Positions 53,558 to 64,000 of a DNA stretch of 64,000 bases are shown here, piece after piece (within the stretch, counting starts at the first letter, position 1; every line of letters starts with the position of its first letter). A model generated the notes under the pieces. That model was not told the DNA's origin. It saw nothing but the letters and a program-made list of their open reading frames with translations, and did no database searches. A program made the translations under genes and the position numbers. The DNA comes from Eledone cirrhosa (lineage: Eukaryota): assembly GCA_964016885.1 (NCBI GenBank), contig OZ024742.1, positions 161,200,001 through 161,264,000 on the forward strand, given 5' to 3'.

Positions 53558-55932
53558 TTCTTCTGGTTTTATAATTTCACAAAGTTTTACCAATAGAGAG
53601 AGAGTCGGTTTCTAACATAGACACAAGACTCTCTCATTGGAATGTTCACAAAATCAACTTGGTAGATATGTATGTATGCATGCATGCGTAGATATGGATG
53701 TTATTGTATGTGTGGATGTGTTTGTTTTGAGTTGTATGTGTGCATGTGTATATACTTTGTATCTGTACATGTGTATATGCAGTTATTAGATGCAAAATTT
53801 TTGGAATGTTTTACATATCTTTACTGTTCCATTAATGGATTGTACTTGTAATTTCCTAACTATTTGTGTTATTTCTTTTCCTGTGAAGCCTAGCTTCTCA
53901 AGATTTGTATTGAGGCAGTTACTAACATTTCCCAGTGCCCCAATAATCACAGGCATAAATCTGAAGGTGTAATCAGAGTGGAGTATCTGCAGATTTCTCA
54001 TCAGTTCTGCATAAATATTCTCCTTTTCACTAATCTTTGATATTATATTGGCATCTGCTGGGCAGGTAACTTCCACTACTGTGCATGCTTTCTTCTCCCT
54101 GTCCCATATCATAATATCTGGTCTGTTATGCCTGCATTTTATTGGGGTTTTTACTGGAACATTCCACCAGTACTCTTTCATATTATGTGCATGGATGTCT
54201 TCCACATTGCTGTAGCTTTTAATGTGTTTATTATCGGGGCTATCTTTTTTACGAACTGCATTGTACAGTGTTTTGACCACTACAACATGCCTCATAGGTA
54301 GATAAAACCGCGATGACATCTTTGGACAGCTGCTGATGACATGGGTGATATCCTCGATGTTAGTTCTGCAGAGTCTGCACTTGTTATCACATCTAGGCGT
54401 TTTGCCTGCATCCCTATCTCTTTTGTGAATCAGGTATTTCGTGCTAATCTTCTGTTCTTGGATTGCAAAAGCGTATCCTTCAAAGTGGGAGCCAATATAG
54501 CGGTTGTTGGTCCAAGATAGAGGATAGACTACTTTCCTTATCTATATTACTCTCACTCTGGAGCTTCCTGGCAACATATCCATGCATGATCTTTAGCTGA
54601 TAAGCATGCAGTTTTTCATCCATGGATTCACTGCGATACTGCTGAACGACATCCCTGGGAGTGAGTTTTTGATTATCACACAGGAATATCTCTCGAGGAG
54701 TTCCTTCCTAACTCTCATAATCTTATCTGTTTCATGCAGATAGACTTGCTTGAGAAACGGGCTCCCACGCTTCGAGGTTCGTAGATGTTGTCGGAGAGAT
54801 ATGATGCGACATTCAAATGTTGTCTGAACTGATATTAGGCCTCTGCCTCCCTGCTTACGTTTCAAGTAAAGGCGGTCTATGTCACTGTTGATGTGGAGGT
54901 TTCCGGTGTTGTTCAGTATTTTTCGAGTTCCAACATCAACTGCTCGGATTTCGTCTATCATCCAATTGAGTATTCCAAACGTTGGTGTTAGGACAGGCAC
55001 AGCAAACACATTGTGAGCCACTGTTTTGTTTTGCGCAGAGAGTTCCGATGACCAGATCTTTCTTAATCGGGTGTAGTATTCCCTGGTTACGCGTTCTTTA
55101 TTACAGATACCATTATAGGATATGTTCTCATCTATCCCCAGCAGTCCTCATCAGATATCGGTGAAACAGTTAGGCCATTGATGACAATGTTGCTAGATTG
55201 GGTTGTTGTTTTTCCCCGCTTTACAGTCATGTATGAACATTTATCTTGGCCAAACTCCATTCCTATATCCTTTGAGAACGTTGTAACCAGGTCAAGATTT
55301 TTCTTCATCCCATCCATGTTCTTGGCATAGAGTTTCAGATCGTCCACAAAGAAGTTATGGGTTAGGTTCGTATTTCTGTCCTCCTGTGAGCCAATTATGT
55401 ATCCCTCACATTTCTTGAGCAGAAAGGACAAGGGGTTTAATGACAAGATGAATAATATCACAGAGAGACTGTCCCCCTGAAATATACCCCTGCAATATTT
55501 TATTTTATCAGTGAAAATAGAGTCCTCCCTCTCTGTCTTTAACATTAGGATAGTAGCCCAAGAAGAAGACAGCCTCTCTATGGCTCTGACAATAATGTCT
55601 GGGACTTTAGCAAGTTGGAGGGCCTCTATCATCCAAGAGTGGGAAACAGAATCGAAAGCTTTCCTGTAGTCCAGCCAGACTGTAGTCATATTCCTGCTTA
55701 GTTGTCGAACCTCCGACATCGCAGTTTTGTTGATTAGGAGTTGTTCAGCACAGCACCAAATCCCTTTCTTTCCAGCTGCTTGTTCATCTGTGATGATGTT
55801 ATTATTTTCACAGTGATCTTGGAGGAATAGGTTCAGGCAGGCTGTATACATTTATACATCAGGTTCTGGCATGCAATGGGTCGGTAGTTTTTTGCCAAGT
55901 GGGTGTCTTTGTTCTTGGGGACCAGTAATGTT
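53558..55932 (-). mobile_element. R4/Dong-clade family A copy 2, 5'-truncated
   Basis: Highly similar to 44470-46840 in reverse orientation, with the same 3' junction and TACA/TACC tracts on both sides. Confidence 0.92.
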
Positions 55933-56043
55933 GTATGTATGTATGTAGGTAGGTAGGTAGGTAGGTAGGTAGGTAGGTAGGTAGGTAGGTAGGTAGGTAG
56001 GTAGGTAGGTAGGTAGGTAGGTAGGTAGGTAGGTAGGTAGGTA

Positions 56044-57245
56044 TGGAAATACTCAGTTTGGTGCTCCAACACGCAGTTAGCTCACCAGGTGTCTCTTACT
56101 CCTAGTCCTTGTTAGGACATCATTCTAGAAGGAAAAGTCTGGTGTAAAACCTGCGACTTTTGGATATCTGCCCCGTATTGTCAGAAAGTCGGATTAGTTC
56201 AATGTAAAGCCATTCTTCACTGCTCAGGCATCACTTGATCTAAACATCTTTCATGCGTGTTGCATGAGGATGGCTGGCTTAAGCCGAAAGGCTCTTTTAT
56301 CGTGCCTCACATATGTGAGAGGGGAATCAAATGATGGCAATTCTTGAAATCGAGATGCAGTCATTATGTATGCATGTATGTATGCATTTATGTATATATA
56401 GATGTATGTATATATGTATGTAGTTACCGATGATGTTGATCTTTTCTTCTTTTCGGGTTATAGCTACTGTCGCTCAGATAGTGGGATTGGCTCAGTGCAC
56501 AGTCTTTCCTCACTTTAAAAAATATCTTTACGCACAGGCATTGCACGATAGAATTAATTAATAATTATTAATAATTGTTTCTACTTTTGGCACAAGGCCA
56601 GCAATTAGCCAGTACATTACTGGTACTTTATTTTATCGACCCCGTAAGGATGAAAGGCAAAGTTAACCAAAGTTAAGTATACCATTATTAATAATTATTA
56701 ATAATGGTATATCGTGCAATGGCCATACTCGATAACGAGGGGGCAGCCACCATGTATTCAGTTATGTATGTATGCAGTTATGTATGTAACCCAGTACAAC
56801 CTGTCTCATGGCCGGGTCGTCGGCGACTAAACCGACTACCCCACCAAGTTTGCTTGGTGAGGAAGTCGGTATTTCGACACCCTGCTCGATAAAATACAAG
56901 ACCCGGCAAAGGGCGGAAGAATTCAGTAGAGTCAACAGCCATCAAATAGTAGTAGTATTTTTTTTTACCTGGGAGTGAAAGACTCCCAGTTGTTGTCACA
57001 ACACTATTCTACGAGAGGGAAACTGAAAAAAAGCCTGCGGCTTCAGAAGCATCCGATGATGTTGACCAGTTCTCCTTTTCGGGTAGTGTTTTCGATGCTC
57101 AGAGAGTGAGATTGGTCAAGTGCTAGGCTTTTACCCCTCAAAAAAAACCTTCAAAGTACATGCATTGCTTGTTCGATAATCTGACATGCGATTGTAATAC
57201 TCTTAGCAGTGTTTGCAGCCATCATGTATGTATGTATGTATACAT
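56044..57245 (+). mobile_element. Cluster of three older, diverged bipartite RTE-derived elements separated by (TGTA)n
   Basis: At about 56044-56366, 56423-56752 (interrupted by a SINE) and 56787-57223. Each ends gcag(c/t)ca..atgta. Blocks shared with the array unit include cccagtacaacctgtctcatgg, gatgttga and cacaggcattgc. Confidence 0.75.
56552..56668 (-). mobile_element. SINE 3' half inserted in a bipartite RTE-derived element
   Basis: Matches the SINE family. The repeat attaataattattaataat occurs on both sides. Confidence 0.8.
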
Positions 57246-57284
57246 GTAGTGGCTAACAATAACAGCACGAATCATGCATGTATT

Positions 57285-57960
57285 CATGTTGGCTGCATCT
57301 CGATTTCAATAATTGCCACCACCCGAGCCTCCTTCTTACACATGGCTGGTACGAACATGACCCTTTAGCCCTGCCAAGAATTTACATTCTTTTCTGCATA
57401 TGCTGCATTGATGAACATTACTTCCACTTTGGTTCACTCTTTGTTTTGGTGAGTTTTCAAATGACATTGTGGTCCACCGGCCGAGGCACATTATTTTATA
57501 TACTTCTGACTGAAAGAAATACCAAAGAGACCATAATTGGCAACATTTTGTAAATGGCTTCTATGATGAATTTCATGACCAGCTTTACTGAGGCAAATCC
57601 GGCCACACTCATTACACAAAATGACTTTATGTGTAATGAATATGGCCGGATTTGCCTCAGTAAAGCTGGTACCCCTCTTTAATTTTTTATGCTCCACAGG
57701 AGTTTTTCATTAAACAGTTTTCCTCCGAGATGATCGATCTAAACAATGTTTTCCTAGTTATCCTATTATTTTTGATCTTATCAAAGCTTTTTTTATGCAG
57801 TCTTTATACTTGAGTTTTGTTTTGTCTTGGTCGTTTGCCTTTGATTAACTCCCCGTACAGAAACTGCTTAGGAATGCGATGACCTGTCATTCTTACATGA
57901 CCGCTCCACCGCAATCTATATTGAATTATGAGAGGTTCAATACTTTCAATGACTTCAACA
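57285..57960 (-). mobile_element. 3' fragment of an autonomous-type RTE LINE with a C2H2 finger
   Basis: ILCNECGRICLSKAGHEIHHRSH, with RIPKQFLYGEL upstream. The 3' end tggcaatt.ttgaaatcgagatgcag matches 56334-56360. Confidence 0.8.
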
Positions 57961-58691
57961 TCACTCATATGTGATTGCATATAGATACCGAGTAATCAGC
58001 CAAGACACTGTTGATGAAAACATTTTTATATTTCGCTGCTATGTGACTCAAGTTTCACATACATACAACAATAAAGACAATACTCATATTCTATACACCT
58101 TTAACTTTGAATCAATGGAAATCATACATCGACACCAGAAACACCCATCTAATTTACTAAAATAATCACTTGCTATCTTTAGTCGTAACGAGATTTCATC
58201 ATCAAGGGTGTCATGTTAACTACGCTGCCTAAATGCACAAATTTATCCACAACCTATTTTGCCATACACATAAATGTTAAGTTCAGTGAAATCCTTGCGT
58301 GGATTTATACATACATATATACATATATACACGCACATACGCACACATACATACGCCAACACACAATTGATTACAATAGTGGTATATTCCACGTGATTCA
58401 CTTACATCACTATGAAATTATTAAGTAGAAATAAGAACTGACTTTCAATTTCTGAGGAATGGGAGTGGGAACAAATTCAGATCTAGGATAGGGGCCAGGG
58501 CCACAAACAGTGACAGGTACAAAAAAAATGTTAAGCTTTTTTTTTATTTTTTAAATAAGTCAAAGGATTAACTGTTTCACATTATTTGCATATTTGTCTC
58601 CCATGAGTGATGTGATTGGTTAAGTAGTGTATAAAACTATGAGTGTGTGCTTATATGCATGCGTGTGTATATATATATTTTTCCGTTTATG

Positions 58692-58764
<73 letters not shown>

Positions 58765-58851
58765 ATATACATACAGATGTGAACACACACATACATATAT
58801 ATATATATATACGATATTAACAAATGGAAACTATATTTATAAAACCATATT

Positions 58852-58916
58852 TATTTCATTATACATATTTCAAGGACACCAAGTTAAATTATGGTGTGCT
58901 TTCATCAGATAAAATA
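58852..58916 (-). ncRNA. Minimal type-I hammerhead ribozyme-like fold (left arm of inverted repeat)
   Basis: Reverse complement of 59222-59286. Confidence 0.6.
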
Positions 58917-58917
58917 T

Positions 58918-59102
58918 AATTGTTTCTACTTTTGGCACAAGGCCAGCAATTACCCAGTGTATTACTGATACTTTATTTTATCGACCCCATAAGGATGAAA
59001 GGCAAAGTTAACCTCGGCGGGATTTGAACTCAGAATGGCAAGGGCCGTAACTCTATGCTGCAAAGTATGGCGTCCGACCCTCTACCGATACTGCCAATCC
59101 AC
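58918..59102 (-). mobile_element. tRNA-derived SINE (Meta-like family)
   Basis: Close match to 17228-17410. Confidence 0.85.
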
Positions 59103-59108
59103 CACCCT

Positions 59109-59178
59109 AAAATGCAACCATTACTGTTGGAAGCTCCCGGAGCTATCCGGGAGCTTCCAACAGTAATGGTTGCATTTT
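59109..59178. repeat. Perfect 33-bp-arm hairpin with a 4-nt loop
   Basis: aaaatgcaaccattactgttggaagctcccgga-gcta-tccgggagcttccaacagtaatggttgcatttt. Confidence 0.95.
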
Positions 59179-59221
59179 TTAAGGGTATGTCAATATTTAT
59201 TTAGAAAACTGATCTATATTA

Positions 59222-59286
59222 TATTTTATCTGATGAAAGCACACCATAATTTAACTTGGTGTCCTTGAAATATGTATAATGAAATA
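59222..59286 (+). ncRNA. Minimal type-I hammerhead ribozyme-like fold (right arm of inverted repeat)
   Basis: Stem I UAUUUUAU/AUGAAAUA, CUGAUGA at 59230, stem II AAGCACACC/GGUGUCCUU (1 mismatch), GAAA-U-AUGU-AUA. Confidence 0.6.
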
Positions 59287-59413
59287 AATATGGTTTTATA
59301 GATATAGTTTCCATTTGTTAATATCATATTTTTACTCCAAATATTTGTCGAGTGCTTTATATCAGTTATAAAAATATTTGCTTGTTGTATCCCAACAATT
59401 TAAATAGAACTTT

Positions 59414-59448
<35 letters not shown>

Positions 59449-59630
59449 CATCACCACCATCATCATCATCGTTATTTAACGTTCTCTTTCCCAGCTAACA
59501 AGGGTTGGGCGGGTCTATATAGACCAAGTCAGTACTCAAGCAAGGCTGCTGACCTCCTAGACAGGCCGAGGTGTCAGCAACTCGCTTATGTACGTTCATA
59601 CATTATATCGAGTGCATAGGAGACGTTGTC

Positions 59631-60045
59631 ATGTCTTTTGACAAGAACTGAAGAGTCCTTCCAACCCCTGGTTTAGCAAATTGTCTACGGTTGGATACCC
59701 TTCTCATCACCAACCAATTTACAGCGTGTACTGGGTACGTTTATAGTGTAGATCACCAACACTAGAGTGGCTATTATGTCTTTGACACAACTGAAGGGGC
59801 CTCCTAACCCTTTGTTTGGCAAGTTTTCCACAGCTGGATACTTTTTATATAACCAACCATTTTACAGAGAGTACTGGGTGTGTTTTTTGTGTAGATCACG
59901 GGCACTAGGGAGGTTGTGTCTTTGACACAACTGAAGAGTCCTTTTAACCCTTTTAGGCATAGCTTCTACAGCGGGGTGCCTTTTTTGTCACCAACCACCC
60001 TTACAGAGTGTACCGGGTTCATTTTCGTGGCACCATCAGTATAGA
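59631..60045. repeat. Three diverged tandem copies of a 140-145-bp unit
   Basis: tgtc(t)ttgaca..aactgaag at 59631, 59776 and 59916, each with ggatrcc..ccaacca..ttacagagtgtactggg. Confidence 0.8.
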
Positions 60046-60599
60046 AGTTGTTTGTCATACTGAACTGTAGAGCCCTCACTGATCTGGAGAGGGAGGAATA
60101 TGGCAGAGAGGGGTATGTATTAATAGGTGTGTGAGGTGATTTAGCAGGACGATGAGTAAGGGGTATGTGTGGCTGATTGGTGTATGAGGATAGGGGAGAT
60201 ATAGTGGCGTGAGAATGTGGTCTATAGAGTGTGGACATGATAGAAAGATAGGTAAGAGATGAGTAAGGGGCAGGGGTGGCTGTTTAGTGTATGCGGAGAG
60301 GGGATGAAGTGATGTGGGGGATGTGGTCGATAGAGTGGGGTGCATGATAGAGACAGGTAAGGGGGTAAAGGTAGTAGTGGGGGAGGATGAACAAGGAGTG
60401 GAGAGAGTAGCTACTAGGGAGCAATGGGGAGGATATTCAAGAGATTTAGAGGGGGAGTTAATAAGTGGTTCTGTGGGGGAATGGGTGGTGGGTGCTATAG
60501 TGGTGAAGGTGGGGCATGGGTCAGGTAATACTGTATGCTTGTGGCCATATTTTCATCATCCCAATATAGCGCCAGCCCTATCCATCCTTTGTCATTTCA

Positions 60600-62310
60600 G
60601 TTGCGAGGCTTAGTTTCTTAAGGACGTTCTTCCCTGCCCCATCCCATACCTTCCTGGACTGCCTTTTTCACAGGTTCCAGCCACCGAGACTGCTCTGCAT
60701 TTCTTTATGCAGATGCTATCCTCAATACGCATCACTTGTCCATACCAGTGCAGTCTTCTCTCTTGCACACAACATCCAATCCCTTTTATGCCAAGTTTTC
60801 CTCTCAGTTGACCTTATGCTACATCATTCATGGACACAAAAGTTACAAACCCATCGAAACATGCTTGCTTTATTCCATTTCACCCTTTCGCGGTTAAGGC
60901 CCATATAGCATTGCAGTTCGCACACAAGCCTTATAGTCTACCCTTCACTCTGAGAAGCCCTTTGTTATCAGCAACAGTTTCATCTCTCTAAACTTCTTCC
61001 AGCCTGTTCTGATCCTGGCTATCACACTTTCAGTGCATCCTCCTCCACTGTTAAATAACAAAAACTGTTGACAACTTCTGAGGAGCCTGTCTGGCAACTG
61101 AAGGAATCTACTTCACGTGAGTTCTTAATACTTACATCTCCTGTGCATCTGCCACACAAAGTCTATCTTTTCCATTAGCCTGCCTGCAATCCTATTACAT
61201 CTCCTGTGTATCCATAGATGTCATATCAAATAAGGCTATAAGGCTATTTCCCTGATGGTATCACCCTCCTGTCCTCTTTCCTACTTATTAACACTTTTAT
61301 CTTTGTTTATTCTAAGGCCTTTCAACTCTAGGTTCTTCTTCCATGCTTGATATTTTGTCTCTAACTCTCCTATGGATTCAGCTATAAGAACTAGATCATC
61401 AGCATATAAAAGCTCATACGGATAAACAAAAGTGGTCATCGACCTGCACTGCAAATTCATTGCTATACTCACTTCCAATCCTCACCCTGCTGGTTGCTCC
61501 TTTAAACATGGCCAACACGGCCCTCACAAGTCATTCATCTACATCGGGCTTCCTAAGGGCCCACCAGATAACAAATCAGAGGACCCTGTCAAAAGCCTTC
61601 TCCGGATCTATAAATGGCTTGCTGTAATTATCTCACTGTAATTACCCCTACCTGGCATAAAACCAAACTGCATCTCATCTAACTTGATTCTGCCCCTAAT
61701 TAGTTGTGCTATGACCCATTCAGCAATGTTCATGACTAGGTCTATCAACTTGATGCCTCTATAGTTACTTCTCTCTAGTGTGTATCCCTTGCTCTTGTAG
61801 CAATTTACAATGATTGCTGCACCAGTCATTGGGTATGATCACTTCCTGTATTACTTGATTAACTAGCTCATATTCTACCATACCAGATGCTTTTAGCATC
61901 CCAACAACTATACCCGATGGTCCTTCACGTCCTTAATTGCTGCCAACTTTTATAGTCAGTACCTCAGTTGGGTCTACATGCGGTAGGCCCTCACTACCCC
62001 CTTTATTCTCTTCATTCAGCAGTCTCTCATAGAAAGTCATCCATGCTTCCTTCTTAATGGCAACAAGTGCTCCACTATCATTTTGAACAGACTTTTCCCC
62101 AACTACATCATGATTTTTGCTAACACACTGTCTCACAATCTGAAACACTTCATGCCTCTGATCTTTATGGTGCAAATTTCTTCTTTTCTGCCTCTGCCCT
62201 TGCTAGGTATACCTGACGCCTAGCCCCTCTTTTAGCTATTTGATATTTTTCCTGTCTCCCCCTTTCCTCCAGGCTCCCCAGGCTTGTCGTTTGTTTTATG
62301 ACTCTATTTA
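60600..62310 (-). mobile_element. Old, heavily decayed RTE-clade LINE
   Basis: NYRGIKL, QFGFMPGRG, ELLYADDLVL, WYGQVMR. Confidence 0.85.
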
Positions 62311-63599
62311 CCTTATACATATATACACATATATACATACATACACAACACACACACACCCTTCCTAGACCCCTAAACAATACACTTTTGTGTATGTGCT
62401 TGTTTGTATGATCAGTTGTCTTATTTAAACCTTTTGATACCAGCTCACCAGAGCTGATCCTGGTTCTATGACATGAATTTTAAAGTGATCACATTTAAGT
62501 TAAAACATTCCCTCATATTTTTTTGTGAAAACATCTTTGTTTAACCCTTAACATCAAACATATGCCATGCCATGTGTTTGTATATTTATATATATGTATA
62601 TATCTGTCTGTAGTTCTTTAAAAGGTACACATACTTACATACATTTCCTATTTCAGTCATGTTACTACAAAAAGTTCACATTCCAATCACAAGACCCTGG
62701 GTTCTAACCCTATATTTGTTCCTGTAAATATTTATTTCTCCAAAGTTACTCATACATTTAATACGCCATTTGTACATATATGCTAAACATTTATGTCATT
62801 ATACCCCAGAAATAATTATTAAACTATCATTATCTTTAATCACTTCCAGATGTCAGTAATCAGTATAAAGGTTTTTCTTATGTAAACCATTAATTTATCA
62901 AATCACAAATTTCTCAGTTTGTATGATTGTTCATATATCCAGTAATCCTGGTATTCCAATCCCGGACGCATTCAACGCTATTGTCATCATTACTGATGAC
63001 ACAGGTTCACTAGTCCTGTAATAATTTAACAGAAAATGTCTAAAATAGGTTTGTTAACTGAAATGTTTATAGTTTCTTTACTTATGGACAAATCATTGTG
63101 AAAATTTGGAGTATTCAAGTGAAGACATCAAATGTTAATGCCATGTAGTCATAGTGTTGTTTTGTACTTTTCAAGAACCTTTTTCTACTGCAAGTTCATG
63201 AGGTACAGGATATTAAGAATTAAGTTACATAGCAGAAACCAGTTTAATAATAGAAAAAAAAAGTTATTATACTAAATCCTTTAAAATTCTTCATTATTTT
63301 TCAAAATTTATTAAAACATAGATAAGATATTTCCTTGGGAATGTGGTCACAAAAGGGTGAAACTGTGTGCACATGCTTGAGTGTATGTGTGTGTGTGTGA
63401 GTTTAAGTTAGCATTCATGTGCATGTTTATCTGTATGAATTTGCATATATACATGTGTACATGCTTGCACACACACGCATACACACACATTCCCACCTCG
63501 GTGAGTGTGTGTATGTGTGTGAGTGAGAGAGAAGAGGATAAAATATAGTTGACAGTGACTGCAGCCTGTAGTTTCCTTTCAGTTAAAAATAACAATGAT

Positions 63600-63968
63600 G
63601 ATGATGGTTTCAGATTTTAAGCACAAGGCTAGCAATTTTGAGGGCAGGGATAAATAGATTATATTGACCCCAATATTTGACTGGTATCATATCTTATCAA
63701 CCCACAGAAGGATGAAAGACAAAATTGATCCTGGTAGGATTTAAATTCAGAGCATAAAGAACCAAAATGAATAACTCAAAGCAGTTTTGTCCGACACTCT
63801 AATGATACTGCCCTAATAATAATTGTTTCTACATTTGACACAAGGCCAGTAATTTGAAGAAAAGGGGAAAGTTGATTAAATCAAGCCCAGTGCATTACTG
63901 GTACTTTATTTTATCAACCCTTTAAGGATGAAAGGCAAAGTTGACTTCAACAGGATTTGAACTCAGAA
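63600..63968 (-). mobile_element. Two tandem SINE copies (Meta-like family)
   Basis: At about 63600-63812 and 63815-63968, both with aaggatgaaag.caaa.ttga...ggattt.aa.tcag. Confidence 0.75.
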
Positions 63969-64000
63969 CCAATAACTGACATTCTATAATTAATTCCTTA

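Noticed and set aside
60080-60613. Purine-rich segment with a 99-aa ORF
   Set aside because: Low-complexity G/A-rich sequence with no domain motif.
62310-63600. Possible host exon in less repetitive DNA
   Set aside because: No convincing ORF or splice-bounded coding segment. Small exons cannot be excluded without RNA data.

Overview
AT-rich, microsatellite-dense eukaryotic DNA with no recognisable host gene. The repeat make-up (tRNA-head Meta-like SINEs, Dong/R4, Tx1, RTE, Chapaev3, hAT, mariner, Helitron ends) suggests an octopod cephalopod; this is inference. The one apparently intact coding region is an RTE-clade EN+RT ORF at about 1-3073. The most striking structure is two strand-polarised clusters of elements built on microsatellites. 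(1) At 20.9-34.4 kb, an (ATT)n cluster: a SINE tail hosts three tandem Tx1 LINEs and an antiparallel Dong/R4 element. (2) At 37-47 kb and 51.8-57.2 kb, a (TACA)n/(TGTA)n cluster: non-autonomous bipartite RTE-derived elements with TGTA tails are interleaved with two families of FVDD-type R4-clade elements, always antiparallel and always joined at AA|CATAC. The RTE-derived elements include a head-to-tail array with a dimeric higher-order period. Minimal type-I hammerhead folds, several long hairpins and a hAT element with nested insertions are also present. Most short ORFs in the track are microsatellite or antisense artefacts. Coordinates were read by eye and edges may be off by a few to tens of bases.
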